Part shown: one piece after another, positions 1 to 12,759 of the stretch
How positions within the stretch are numbered: position 1 is the first letter of the stretch
Layout of the letters: every line of letters begins with the position of its first letter
NCBI GenBank assembly: GCA_964016885.1
Contig: OZ024746.1
Span: 45,508,001 to 45,572,000 of the forward strand
Direction of reading: 5' to 3'
Length of the DNA: 64,000 nt
Origin: Eledone cirrhosa
Taxonomy: Eukaryota
Position numbers and translations under genes: made by a program
Notes under the pieces: model-generated
Seen by the model: the letters and a program-made list of their open reading frames with translations, nothing else
The model's database searches: none
What the model was told of the DNA's origin: nothing

Positions 1-275
1 TTCCATACACATGCACACATGTGTGCACTGTTCATTTTACTGATGTTTGTGCATTGCCCTATGTACTGTACATGCACTTTTTTGATGGGTTGTGGTGCAC
101 CTGGGCACTGTGCACAATATTTCATTATTGTTATTGTTATTATATCATGACTCATACACTGTTTATTTTCCTGACATTTGTACATTATTCTATGTACTAT
201 ACATGCACCTTTGATGAGTTGTAGTGCACCTGAGCACTGTACACAATAATTTCATTATTATTATTATTATATGTA
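1..275. repeat. Imperfect tandem duplication of a ~130-bp unit
   Basis: ttgatgggttgtggtgcacctgggcactgtgcacaat (~82-118) recurs as ttgatgagttgtagtgcacctgagcactgtacacaat (~211-247); the flanking sequence also aligns. Confidence 0.8.
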
Positions 276-344
276 TATATATATATAAGAGAAAAAACTT
301 AATTCAAGGGTAAAGTGATATATCTTTTATAATATCTGTGAAAC

Positions 345-404
345 TATACCAGTAACTCTATGATTAGAAGTTTCATGCTTAAGGGAACTTGTCAAACTGG
401 TATA
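345..404 (-). ncRNA. Decayed type I hammerhead ribozyme-like motif in a small insert between (TA)n tracts
   Basis: Minus strand: tataccagt-TTGACAA-gttcccttaagcat-GAAA-cttctaatcatagag-TT-actggtata. Stem I is 9 bp and stem III pairs. The core differs from CTGACGA by two transitions, and stem II is poor. Confidence 0.4.
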
Positions 405-1134
405 TATATATATACACACACACATACGTGCACACTCTCACACCCATGCACATAGATCTTTGTATCTTTCTTCATATCTTTCACTTTAGTTATCATCATC
501 ATTTTCCTATTGTAAATTTTTTTTCTCTCTTCTTACAACTATTTTGGTTTACAATATTCATTGAAGAATGTTTTCACTTTCTAACCCCTCTCACCACCTT
601 GCTTTCTCTCATTACATTCACTTTTATAACCTTGCTGCCATGATTTTGAACTTTGCAATGCACTATAGCTTATTCTTATACAATCTCATTACCATTTTCT
701 TCATGCTCTTATCATCCCATATTACCACCATTAGCATTCTTTACTATTCTCACCCTTGCACTAACCACCTCCACCATGACTGCACCACTATCAAAACCAT
801 ATTCCCCACTAACACCTAAACTGATATTATCACCATTAACTACTACTTCTATGACTACTTTCACCACCTTTACCACAACAAAAACAAAAACAAGTTAACA
901 CCAAAACAAAAATACAAATATTTACTATCTGGAACACCCACTACAACCATCCCCACTACCCAGATCGACACATTAAGCTACTATTTTGCAGTAAACAACT
1001 ACCACAACGACCAACAATTGGCTACAACCACTACCATTTCAACAGTAACATCAATAGAGCTATGGAATCCCACACCAACACTATTATCGCATCACCATAT
1101 TAAGTATTTCCTCCAGCACAAACACCAACATTAT

Positions 1135-1335
1135 TGAGGATTGGTAGAACCAGTAGAGTGTCGGACACCATGCTTAGCCATATAGTTAAGCCCCTTTATG
1201 TTCTGAGTTCAAATCCCACCCAGGTTAGCTTTGTCTTTCATCCTTATAAAGTACCAGTAATGCACTGAGGTTGATTTAATCAACTTTACCCTTTCCACAA
1301 AAATTGTGGGCCTTGTGCCAAAATGAGAAACCATT
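1135..1335 (+). mobile_element. tRNA-derived SINE, family A
   Basis: A-box-like tggtagaaccagtaga, B-box gagttcaaatcc, central ctttcatcct...aaagtaccag domain and tail ggccttgtgccaaaatgagaaac; about 10 related copies in the window. Confidence 0.85.
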
Positions 1336-1649
1336 ATTTACTATAACTACCATTCACTACCTTCATCCACTACCACCAATACCACATCCTACTCTACTCT
1401 ACACCCTAAAAACCAATGACAATACGACCATCACCCACAACATGCTAGAAATAACAGCCAAATCTCCACTATATCACACTATCTTGTTTTGAGAAAGGGA
1501 AGGACAAATGAGATAATTTAGGGCTAGAAAGCTAAAATGCATGAAAATAATCTCTAATATTTTTCTGCATATGGGTGAATAGTTAAAATTGTTTACACTT
1601 CTTGCTTCATTCTTTGCCCAGAAAAGACGTCTAGTTAAAAAGTGTTATA

Positions 1650-2204
1650 CTAGCTGAGTAGCCCATCGTTGCTGGGCAATAATCACAATAGTATGCCTTT
1701 ATTCCATCAGACCATGTTTCCCTCAAAAGATAGTCCTCTTGATGAGGAAGGATTTCTTTATTAATTGGATCAATCTAATGTTTGTAGAAACGATGTTTGT
1801 TGTTTTTCCACCTGGTGCATAGATGTAAACATTTTTGTGACAATCTCACAGTCACATTTTTCAAGGCCAATATAGCACTTTCACTGAGCTACTTATGACT
1901 TGCAAACTGATATTCAAGATTAGGAAACATTTTTTCTGTGAGATGGAATAATGATTCCACCATTATGCCTATGAGACTTATATCAATAGTTCCCTTGCTA
2001 TCTATAGGAAGTCTTCTGTCCCCAAGCATTAATAGATTCTGTTTGAACTGCTTTGATTGTTCGTCTCCACCAAGATATGCCCTCATGTTTGTAATGAGCT
2101 TCAAAACTTTGATAGAAGTCTAAAGTGTCCATATTTTCAAACAGGCTCAGCTTTGATCAATTTTATTGCTTTTTGGAATAACTGGGAGAGTTTGTCTAAA
2201 ATTG
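1650..2204 (-). mobile_element. Helitron 3' fragment, internally deleted PIF1-type helicase
   Basis: Minus-strand peptides NFRQTLPVIPKS.., MKLITNMRAYL..LLMLGD and a C-terminal VYIYAPGGKTTNIV match Helitron RepHel helicase motifs. The 3' terminus has the hairpin gcccagcaacgatgggc followed by CTAG|T at 1650. Confidence 0.85.
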
Positions 2205-2303
2205 ACTACTACTACTACCACCACCACCACTACCTGCACTACTACTACTACTACTACTACTACTAAAACCATCACTACGCACAATACCACCACTACTACT
2301 ATC

Positions 2304-2335
<32 letters not shown>

Positions 2336-2423
2336 CACAGCTACTACCACTACTATTACTAATACTACTACTGCTACCAATACCCCACTACCACTACTAC
2401 TACCACCACCACCACCACCACCA
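2205..2423. repeat. (ACT/ACC)n compound microsatellite
   Basis: Direct reading; it explains the poly-T/V/Y ORFs here. Confidence 0.95.
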
Positions 2424-2667
2424 TAGAAGATATAGAAAGAGAGTGAGAGAGTGGTAAATATCTATACAGAAAGAAAAAGTGTAAAATACTGAGAGAGAGA
2501 CAAATAGAAAAGCATAAAAGAAATAGACAAACAGATAGATATATGAAGAGAATTATTCTGACAGTTGTGGATTCTAATGATATTCAATATTGGCGATCTT
2601 GAATTTCCACACATGAAAACAAAATCTGGAATCAAAGGTCTCCAAGTAAACCTAACAAAAGAGTATT

Positions 2668-2990
2668 AAAGACTGTGTGGTTAAGAAATTTGCTTTGCAA
2701 CTACACAGAAAAGCATTTAGTCCCTCTGCATGGCACCTTAGGCAAGTGTCTTCATCTATAGCATTAGGTTGACCAATACCATGTAAGTGATATTTTGAAG
2801 GCAGAAACTGTGCAGGAACTCATTTTATATGTATGTGTGTGTTTGTCTGATTCAATGAAATAAACATAAAGAAATCAAAATATGTACTGAATTTGAAAAG
2901 AATATGTGCTGGAATTGATATGATCAAATAAAATTCATTCAAGGTAGTGCCCCAGCAGGGTTACAGTCTAATGACTGAAGACAATAATAG
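2668..2990 (+). mobile_element. Degenerate SINE, family B (CORE-like; resembles Octopus OK/OR SINEs)
   Basis: gtgtggttaagaa head followed by ggcaccttaggcaagtgtctt..ctatagc..gaccaa..cc; related decayed copies on the minus strand at ~16190-16340 and ~51060-51215. Confidence 0.65.
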
Positions 2991-3545
2991 AATACAAGAG
3001 TTAAAGTATATATATATACACACATGCATGTAAGCATTGAAAAATGGATGTAAAAGGATGATGATGATGATATTTATATATATATATATATATATATACA
3101 TGCATGTAAGAATGGAAAAATGGATATAAAAGGATGATGATATATATATATATATAGAGAGAGAGATGTAATACATACATGTAGTTTCTATCTTGTATCA
3201 CTATATTTTCTTAACACTGTTGTTTTATTGTATTTACATCTTTATATTTTCCTACCAATTATTGCTACTATATTACTATGTTCTCTATTCACATTTCTAT
3301 TCTTATACTTTGGGATAATTTTCATGCCTCTTTTTTTGGCAGGTTTAGTTTTATTTTCATTATTGATGTTGCTGTTATTGTTGTTATTGATGTTGATCTC
3401 TTGTTTATTGTTTTGTTGTTCTTATTTTTGTTGCAGTTAATAGTGTTACCAGTGGTTTCTTATTTTGAAATTTAAGCTATTATTGGTTGCATTTTGGGAT
3501 CTATTGTTGTTGCAGTCATTGTTATTAATTTTGTTGTCATTGTCT

Positions 3546-3577
<32 letters not shown>

Positions 3578-3972
3578 TATATAATGTTTTTTTATTTGTT
3601 CTTTTTTGGCATTGCCATCATTATTTGTTATTGATGTTGTTTCTGAAGGTGATATTACAACTTCTGTTGCTGTATACATTACTGCTGCTGTTGCTACTGC
3701 TTCAGTTGTTATCATTGTATTTTGTTCCTTATTATTGTTGTTACTATCTCCATCATCCACTTTGCCAACAAGTGAGTTTCTATGTTTTCTGATCTATGGA
3801 TGTATATAACAACAACCATCATCACCAACTTCATCGTCATCACTACCATCAGCATTACCACCACCTTCATCATCATCATCTTTATCTTCACTGCTATCAT
3901 AATCCTATGATTAGGCAACCTATTCAGTGCTGCCAATGGCATTCCCCACTTGGACAAATAGTTCAGAATAAC

Positions 3973-4015
<43 letters not shown>

Positions 4016-4016
<1 letters not shown>

Positions 4017-4206
4017 GACAGTTGGCTGAAAAGTTCTTGGGCTGACTATGTAGGAGTCATGCTAGCACTGTGAAATCTTGCATGCATTAATTTATTTCAA
4101 CCTTTCTTATTTAATAACTGCATTGTTTTTTTTCCAGGATATACATCGTTTGTTCATTCCATGAGAGTATCTTGGTTAGCCTATGAAATTTGCAGTTGAC
4201 CCTCTA
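4016..4206 (+). mobile_element. Mariner-derived MITE, a deletion derivative of the family at 10189
   Basis: Left end cgacagttggctgaaaagttcttgggctgac and right end ttagcctatgaaatttgcagttgaccctc are inverted. The first ~125 bp and last ~45 bp align with the ends of 10189-11415. It starts at a TA. Confidence 0.75.
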
Positions 4207-4493
4207 AAAAAAACTCTAAAGTCTGTTTTAAGCCAGAAGGCTCATTTGGCGGGTGCTTATCCTGGTTTTGTGGCGCAAAGCGACTGAGAGTACAGGTCTT
4301 CCCCCTGGACAGGGTGCTAGTCATTCGCAGAGTTAAACCCCCAGCTATTGCTGATACTCATTTTCAGCTGAGTATACTGGAGCAATGTAAAATGAAGTGT
4401 TTTGCTCAAGAACGCAACACACAACACAGGAATCGAACCCACAACATTATGATCATAACTCCAACACCCTTATCACTAGGCCACGTGCCTCCA
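4207..4493 (-). mobile_element. tRNA-derived CORE-type SINE, family C, with target-site duplication
   Basis: Minus strand: ggaggcacgtggcctagtg head, gggttcgattcc B-box, ttcttgagcaaaacactt core. Flanked by tgcagttgaccctc (4191) and tgcagttgatccac (4494). Confidence 0.85.
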
Positions 4494-4699
4494 TGCAGTT
4501 GATCCACATACATATATAATTGTGTTTGAATGTTATAATACATGTATAGTGTTGTAATCACAGAGGCCATTTTATGCCTGGTGACTTTGACATTCAGTGC
4601 TGATGTTTGCCACGTATCATGACATGTATGAACAGTTCCATTTTCATAGTTGTTATAACCTTGCTAGTATATTATTTACCCTCTTCCAACATGATGAAA

Positions 4700-5750
4700 T
4701 GCAACCTACCACTAAAACAAATGACATGGTATGTGCAGACTTTCAAGGAAGAATGGCTACAAAATCATGAATTTAAGGATTGACTTCAATGAACTGAAAA
4801 TGTTAAAGAAGCTATCTTTTGTAAATGCTGCAGTATTTCTCTAAGAGATGTAAATAAATCCATAGTAAGGAAACACAAAACGTCTGTAAAACAAGAAATA
4901 TTTTTATGTGGCGAAATCTAATGTTGATACTACTAAATTCATGGTAAAAGTGAAGTCAATAGAAAGTGGAAAATCAGCCAAAAGTAAACTGCTTTTGCTG
5001 GCTATTTTGCTGGATATAACATTCCCTTTGTAGACAACATTGATCCTCTTTTAATAGACAGTATGCAAGAGAGCAATTCCAGACAGTAAGATTGCCGAAA
5101 AATTATCAATGAAAGGAAAAACATTTTTGTATGTCATTGAAAGTGGAATAAGTTTTCATAAAAATGTGATAAAAGATATCTGTAAGACACAAAAGTTTCA
5201 TTATTGCTGGAAGTGTAGACATATCAGTAACACAAATTTTGGTTATGGCTGCAAGATATTTTCAATTGAATATATATATATATATATATAATGCCGTATA
5301 CATCCTGTCAGATCATCTAGTTATAAAAAAGGGAATAAATTTTCATCTTTACAATGCTGTCAAATCTTCTTTGCAAGAATGAAATATTCATTTGGAAATT
5401 ATTAAAACCACAGCTGATAAAATTTCTTCAATGTTTGGCACCCAAAAGAAAAAGTCCTAGACATTATTAATTGATGGTGCGTCTACTGGATTTTTATAAT
5501 TGGGTGTTTTTATTATGTCATTCCTTCATCCTTTGGACTAATCAACATAATGTCCTTGTATATAGATGTTTTCTTAAATTAACATCTTGTTTAATTTGCA
5601 CATACCAGAAACAATGTTGCAGCAACATGCCCCCAAATACCTAAACTTGCACAAAATATCTTGACATCCTTGATACACCTACACTAAAGGCATATTATAG
5701 TTAAAGTAATGTTTTACTTCTTTATTTCCAGAGTGAATTAAGAGTAGACA
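4700..5750 (+). mobile_element. Highly degenerate hAT-like transposase relic
   Basis: Frame-broken peptides resembling ..YNIPFVDN..PDSKIAEKLSMKGKT.. and a DGAST motif (~5473); no clear TIRs. Confidence 0.4.
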
Positions 5751-5829
5751 AAGTTGATGGCATCAAGAGAATTTATGATATATCAAGCAATCACAACCAA
5801 TCAAATGCTACTTACTTTTCCTTCAGTTT

Positions 5830-7075
5830 CATCATCATCATCATCACCGTTTTACATCCGTTCTTCCATGCTAGCATGGGTTAGACGGGTTGTCCTGTTG
5901 TGGGCAGTGTCAGCTGATCATGCCTTGCTCATACAGGAACTGATTTTGGCTTGGTTTCTACAGCTGGATGCCCTTCCTAACACCAACCTCATTTACAGTG
6001 AGTGCTGGGTGCTTTTTTCCATGGCACCTACACGTCCACTTTACAGGGTGGGCTGGGTGTTTTTTTGCTGTGGCACCTCCACGACCACTTTGCAGTGGGA
6101 GGGTGTGGGAGAATATTGTCTATATGCTTCAGCTTGTACCCATGGGAGGTCGGGTACTCTGTATTACTGCGTGACGCCAGAGGTCACGGTCGTGTGTCAT
6201 CGCCTTTGAGAGGTGTAATTGGGTAAGGTCGGCTTTTATCACCTCATCCCAGGTCTTCTTGGGTCTCCCCACTCCAAGGTTTCCATTGACTTCTAGTGCT
6301 CTGCACCTTTTTATGCAGCTGTCATCCTTCATACGCATCACATGTCCATACCAACGCAACTGCCTCTCCTGCACACAGCATTTGATTCCTCTTATGCCCA
6401 GTCTCTCTCTCAATTCATTTATGCTTTGCCGTTCGCATATATTACTATTACACATCCATCGGAGCATGCAGGCTTTATTTCTTTCTAATCTACGTAAGTC
6501 TTCCACCTTCAGCGCCCAGGTCTCACTACCATTTAACATTGCTGTTTGGATACACGCATCATACAGTCTGCCTTTCATTTTGAGGGAGAAGCCTTTTGCA
6601 GCTAGCAGTGGCAGTAGTTCCCTGAACTTCTTCCATCCCGTTCTTACCCTAGTTATTGTACTTTCTGAACACCCACCTCCGCTGCTAATTCGGTCACCTA
6701 GGTAGCAGAAGCTGTCTACTGTTTCTACAGAGCCCTCCCAGAGGTTGGTGGTACTTGTTTCCTGTGGCTGTTTGCTGCTTGCTGTCCCAGCACAGCTGCT
6801 ACATGTGAAGCCTACATTCTTAATTAAGCTTCCTGAGATCCCGCTACATCTTTTGTGTACCCATTGTTTGCATTTGGGGCAGAGAATGGAGTTCCTACCT
6901 ACACCTTTCCTACATACTGAGCAAGGCCATTTCCCTGAGGGGATCTGGGTTCTGTTTTCTCGTCTACTTACAAAGACCTTAGTCTTTGTCATGTTGACTT
7001 TGAGACCCTTTCTTTCTAGTCCCTGCTTCCAAGTTTGGAATTTCTTCTCTAGTTCTACCATAGATCAGCTATGCG
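5830..7075 (-). mobile_element. 5'-truncated RTE-clade LINE (RT C-terminus, 3' UTR, (GAT)n tail)
   Basis: Open 310-aa frame at 6129-7061 with GLKVNMTKTKV, FCYLG, NGSETW, QLRWYGHVMRM and GRPKKTW. The 3' UTR ends in aacccatgctagcatggaagaacggatgtaaaacggtgatgatgat. Confidence 0.95.
6129..7061 (-). pseudogene. Partial RTE reverse transcriptase ORF with an embedded C4HC3 (PHD-type) finger
   Basis: CSVC-x10-CPKC-x4-H-x2-C-x14-CSSC lies between the KTKV and FCYLG motifs. The endonuclease and the catalytic YxDD are missing because of truncation. Confidence 0.9.
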
Positions 7076-8009
7076 CCACAGAAAGTGAATTTACTAAATA
7101 TTTAATTCCAATTCAAGTATTTCAGGTTGTATCTTGTGTATTTATTGATAGCATCAGAATACAAAACTCTCTGGGGTTTCTTTATTAAAGGTAAATTACT
7201 GAAGAACATTAAATTATCAGAAATTGATCCAAGCAAAGAAAGTAAGTAGAAATGTATTAATGATGTTTAACTTGGAAGAAAAGCAAAAGCACATTTAATT
7301 AATGAACCTTTAGATAGTGAAATCAGCACTAGAAATTTAAAACTGATTGTTTGAAATTCCTTGTGGAACTTTGTATTCAAATAAGAAAGATGTTTCTTTT
7401 CAGTAAATACAGAATTATTGCTAAACTAAGGTAATATACTCAAGGGTATATTATGATCCTAGCATATCTCCTACATCTAACATTTTGATAGCTACTTATT
7501 TATTTCCTTTGTGCCAGATAGTAGATTAAATTATCTTAATTATGAAAATGGGAGTTATTTAACAGTAGACAATTTACTGATCTTTACAGAATATATTCTT
7601 GAATACTGGTACAAGTTAAAAGACATAACAGGCTGACTTCCTACTTCAAAATATGCCTGCTATCTAGTTTAATTTAATTATTGTGTCACATTTACCACCA
7701 TCCATTGACAGAATACTCTTACTAATAAACTGTGTGAAAGCAAGAAATAGTAATTCTTATAAGCAGAAATAGTAAAAGAGATTATTTGAAAGATTATGGT
7801 TAGAAATTACATAGAAATTACACTATATGGGAACCCAGAAAATAATTATTCAATAGTTTGGAAGAAGGAGCTATAAATAAGATACCTGGAAGGAATTATG
7901 TTTTAAATATCAAAAGAAAATAAAGTGTTCATTCTTCCATGAGAAATGAAAGAAAGATTGGAGTAACTATTATGATATAATTATAAAAGTAAGTAAAGTT
8001 GAATCAGTA

Positions 8010-8196
8010 TAAAGACAGGATGTGTCTAGTATTAGAACAAAGATGAGTCCATGTTTAGAAGAAAAACAGGTTGCAATAATGACAGGATGCGTCAATAGTT
8101 TGAAAGAAAACATATGTCTATAGTTTAGGCAAAAACAGGGTGTGTCTAAGGTGTGACAAAGATTGGATGTGTCAGAATTTTGACAAAAACAGGATC
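8010..8196. repeat. Degenerate ~27-bp minisatellite (~6-7 units)
   Basis: Recurring aaaaacaggatgtgtctatagtttgac-like units at ~8011, 8081, 8107, 8131, 8158 and 8185. Confidence 0.6.
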
Positions 8197-10188
8197 ATTA
8201 GAAACCTAATCAACTGATGATAATGTTCAACTGAAGTGAACAGAAAGCTAAAACAAACCAAAAATTCAGTTGAATATATTTTTCATTATTAAGCAGTTTT
8301 ATTTCTTTACGATACCTGGTTTAACTCCCCTACCTAGTCCTTGTGAGGTGTTTTCAGTGTTCACTCTTTTGTATGCATTTTGACCAGAGCTTATGGTTCA
8401 CCCTATGCCAATATTGTTCTTTTATTCCTGCAGACATTTAGCTGATCATCAGCTGCATCAATCTCATCAATCTGAATGAAAGACCTGCTCTTCCTCACAC
8501 ACTCTCCTCCTTGGGTAAACTTATATATTTTAAAAAAATTCTTATTATCATGACAGTGGTCCTTACAAAATCAATGGCTCATGTTGTGTTCTCTGCACTG
8601 CATTTGGTTCCTGACCAAGATATTCAACTATCAAAGTCACACTAAACCAAAGTAAAAATAGGCAAAATAATACATACAAGCTCTAAACAATAGCAACATG
8701 CTGAAACTGATGAAAGTTTCATTTTTTCTTGTGTTTCCTTTAGGTTTCTCCTTGTTCAGAATTCATGAAAAAGACACAGATAATGCATTCTTGCTTTTAA
8801 CATTACCTACATTAGACTGAGTTTACACAAAACTGAATAAAATATCGTTTTTTCAGACACAGATTCTGTTGCAAATGCACAATGTTTAGACAGTGAGTGT
8901 TTCAGTCAAATGCTCCTCACAGCATAGCCTTCTTACTATTTTAAAACAGGAAGAATGCATTGAATAATGTAATTCTAGAAACAGAAAAAATATAGAGATT
9001 ATTCTGGTTGGAATATCTTTGATCATAAGTTTGTTTAATCAGGGCTAACCAGGAGCTAAACAGGAACAGCAGCAACAAAAACCTCAATAGCAACAACAAA
9101 AGTAGCAATAGCGATATACATTCCAATACTTCATGCATTAAACGAAGTGCACCAAGTGCTTCCAGGAATGTCATTTACTTTCATCTTTAAGAATTTCAAA
9201 ATTTCTTTTCTTAAGTTCTTATACTTGTTTAATTACCTAAATTTCTCATAGATAACATTATTCTCTGAAGTGATTTTAATGTCTATTACTAGACATAATT
9301 TGCTTTGATCGTAATTGTTATAGAAAAGCAGAAGTAGTATTATAGCAATCTAAATACCATGATGTTTTTAGATACATGCAAACTTATCCAAACTCATGAA
9401 GTTTACTATATAATTTCTACTGATATAGACCACCATCACTCGCATTAAACTTATTTTTCCTTTTCTTTTCTATGTTTGTTGTATATTCTGTGAACTACCA
9501 ATTCTACAATGCCTAATATAAAATAAATTATCTGCTGAAAATACAGAATTTCTCTCAAATTGTCAATCCCTGAAATAGACTCCTCTCCTCCCTGTCATAC
9601 AAACTCATAAAATACCTTTACACACTGGCAATATACATTAAAATATTACATATTATCAAGTATCACAAAACTCATGAAATACTGGCTACTATGATTGCTC
9701 ATTGATATTAGGCAATTAAGTTTGCTTTAGATATAAATATGACTCCATCAAGAATAGCTTGTCTATAAAATCTATAAGTTCTAATATTTCATACCACACC
9801 ATCCAGGTTTTAAATAATTAGTGCTGTCAAATTGTAATAAAAGTGAAATTCATGTATCCACTGATGCTGCAATAGCTGTGATATAATCACTCATAGTGGG
9901 TCTATATGTATGTAATTATATTGTATATGGGTTCATATTGGCCTTTATAAAGAAGGTTGGTTCATTGAAGAGGTTGAATTACATCCCAAAATATCCAAAA
10001 TTATCACCTGTAGTTAACAAAATTGCGCTAATATAAAACTAGTAATTCAGCTAGTTTTCTCCTCCTCCTCCTCATTTCATAATTATAATTAATTAATTAG
10101 ATTTTTCCCTTACTAGCAATAGATACGATGACACTAACTTCACTATTAATAATGCTAACATCAGATAAAATTACTTCTTGCTTGTTTA

Positions 10189-11415
10189 CAAGAGTAGGCT
10201 GAAAAGATCAAAGGCTTACTGTGAAAGAGTGATGCTAAAGTTGTGAAATCTTCCATATATTAATTTCAGCTCGTCTTATTAATAATTTTAGTGTTTTTAT
10301 CCAGGTAAACTAACATTTGACTGTTCAAAGTAGACTTCAAATGTAACTCGATGTGATTTCTCTTAAAAATAGAGAAAATTTGGCATATTTGTGTTATTAC
10401 GTACCTGCAGAAAAAAGGCTTAGCCCCCAAGGACATTCATGCTGACATGGTTGTTATATTAGAGGATGGTGTTCCAGCTTTATCAACAGTGCAAAAAAAG
10501 GTGGGCTGCTGAACTTAGGAGGGGAAGGGGGAATCTTGAACATTACTCAAGGTCTGGACATCCTGCAACTGCTAGCACCGAGGAAAACATGGATCGTGTT
10601 CAACACATGGTGATAAATGACAGGTGTTTGACTTTAAAGCCAATGCTATTAGCATATCCCATGAGAGAGTTGAGAATATTCTTGGAATGACAAATGTTTT
10701 TACTCAGTGGGTTCTACATCTTCTGACACCAAATCAAAAGTGTACCTGGCTGATCACATAACAGGAAAATCTGACATTGTTTGAGGCAGATCCAGCTGGT
10801 CTCCTTGAATGCTACCTAGTCCAGCATGAGTGTTGGGTTAATCAGTTTGAGCCAGAAACAAAGAGACAATCAATGCCTTGGAAACATCCCTCCTCACCTG
10901 CTCCAAAGCAGGCCAAGGTCGTTTCATCTGCAGTGAAGGTGATGGCATCAGCTTTTTGGGATGCAAAAGGGACATACCATCAATGGAACATACTATGCCA
11001 ACTTGCTGAGGCAGTTTTGAAAATCTATCAAGACCAGGAAAACTGACAAAAGGTGTCTTGTTTCATCAGGACAATGCTCCAGCACATAAGTCTTTGGTTT
11101 CAATGGCTGCTGTACATCACTGTGGCTTTGAACTGGTTGATCACCCTCCCTATTCTCCTGATTTGAATCCATCTGAATATGAACTGTTTCTCAAACACTT
11201 GGATGGGAACCAGTATCACAATGAGGATAATGTCATATATGCTATTGATGACTTTTTGACTACAGGATGAAAGTTTCACCAATGAGATCCAAACATAGCA
11301 ATACTGATGGAAGAAGTGTGTGGACTGCAAGGGGGACTATGTTGAAAAATAAACCTTGTTTGGTCACATTTTATCAGACTATCTTGGTCAGCCTATGGAC
11401 TGTTCAGAAACTACT
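10189..11415 (+). mobile_element. Mariner (DD34D) transposon, near full length, frameshifted
   Basis: Motifs WVLHLL (cf. WVPHxL), FEPETKRQSMPW, MASAFWD, HQDNAPAH and HPPYSPDLNPSEY; imperfect ~28-bp TIRs; TA at the left end. Confidence 0.92.
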
Positions 11416-11721
11416 ATTTCTCCATTTTCATGTTGGAGTGTTGACATTCCTGAGTGGATCTAATCACCAACTCAATCATGTCTGTGTGTGTATATTCAGA
11501 CATTGCAAGGACTATGCAGCCAGAGAGGATGTGGTTGCACATTTTGCATTTTCATGTTAGGATCTGCTTTAATTATTTCATTCTTGCAGTTATATTTTGG
11601 CCAGGTATTGGTCTTGTGCTGCAAGGATCAGTCCTTCAGTCTTTCCATTTGTGTAGTTAATCCAGAGCCTCTGTGCTATGGTTCACTTTCATTTTGCTTT
11701 ACTCCCCACCCTCTCTCTCCA

Positions 11722-11724
<3 letters not shown>

Positions 11725-11789
<65 letters not shown>
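11725..11789. repeat. (CT)n microsatellite
   Basis: Direct reading. Confidence 0.97.
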
Positions 11790-11791
<2 letters not shown>

Positions 11792-11884
11792 CTATTGGCT
11801 ATGGAGTTGTTTTTCTCTCCATTTCTCCTATGGTATCCATATTATTTTTACATTTCACTTAGCTTCCAATTTAATATATTGAAG

Positions 11885-12432
11885 TTCATCATCATCATTG
11901 GTGGCACAAGTCTTTTCCAGCACAGCATCCCTCCACTCATCACAGTCTTTCATAATTTTCCCAGTGAGATCAGCTCTTACTACTTCCACCCAGATTTCCA
12001 TTGGTTTTCCATTGCTGTAGCTTCCTTCTCTTGGGATTTCTTGGCACTTCTTCACCCAACAATCAACATCCATGCTCATCACTTGTCCACACCAGCATAG
12101 TCTTCTCTCTTGAACACTACTTCTTTCCTTTTATACTCAGCTTTTCTCTCAGCTCATATATGGTTTGTTTTTCATGAATTGCACATCCATAAAAGCATGC
12201 TTACTTTCTCTCCAGCCTTCACATATCCATGTCTCACTATCATGTAACATCACACATTTTATGCATGCATCATACAACTAGTTTTATATTCATAGAGATA
12301 AACCTTATGTTGTCAACAGAGGTAGTAGCTCCCTGAATGTTCTTTATCCTGTTCTTATTCTCACTATTATGCTCTCCGAGCAACCTCCTCAATTGCTAAT
12401 TGCATCACGTAGGTAACAGAAACTATCAACCA
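11885..12432 (-). mobile_element. Degenerate RTE LINE 3' fragment
   Basis: Minus strand DSFCYL...SESI..RIRTG, then WVKKCQEI..WVEVVRADL..DEWRDAVLEKT, and a (GAT)n tail; homologous to 6129-6720. Confidence 0.8.
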
Positions 12433-12564
12433 TGGTGAAAGCTAAGTTATTTTCCTTCTTCTCGATTATAATTAAATTACAGATTTTCTATTTGTAGATC
12501 ATGATTTCCTGTCAACTATTAATCTCCAAACGAAAGCATGTTGTTCCTTAAAGGAAAGCATGTG

Positions 12565-12682
<118 letters not shown>

Positions 12683-12759
12683 AAGATGCTAGAAAGTTGT
12701 AGTATGCCTTGCATATTTATACCCATCATCTTATTTCTGGCAGTTTTTCATATTAATCT

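Noticed and set aside
8010-8196. CRISPR-like array
   Set aside because: The units are contiguous and divergent with no unique spacers; the context is eukaryotic and there are no cas genes.
8214-8250. CTGATGA-taa-TGTTCA..TGAACA-GAAAGCTA hammerhead-like string
   Set aside because: It has the core boxes and a stem II, but three extra nucleotides after the core and no stem I pairing across the cleavage site.
8410-8520. Possible plus-strand exon (ttcctgcag ... gg|gtaaac)
   Set aside because: There are stops in all three frames; a non-coding exon cannot be supported without RNA data.
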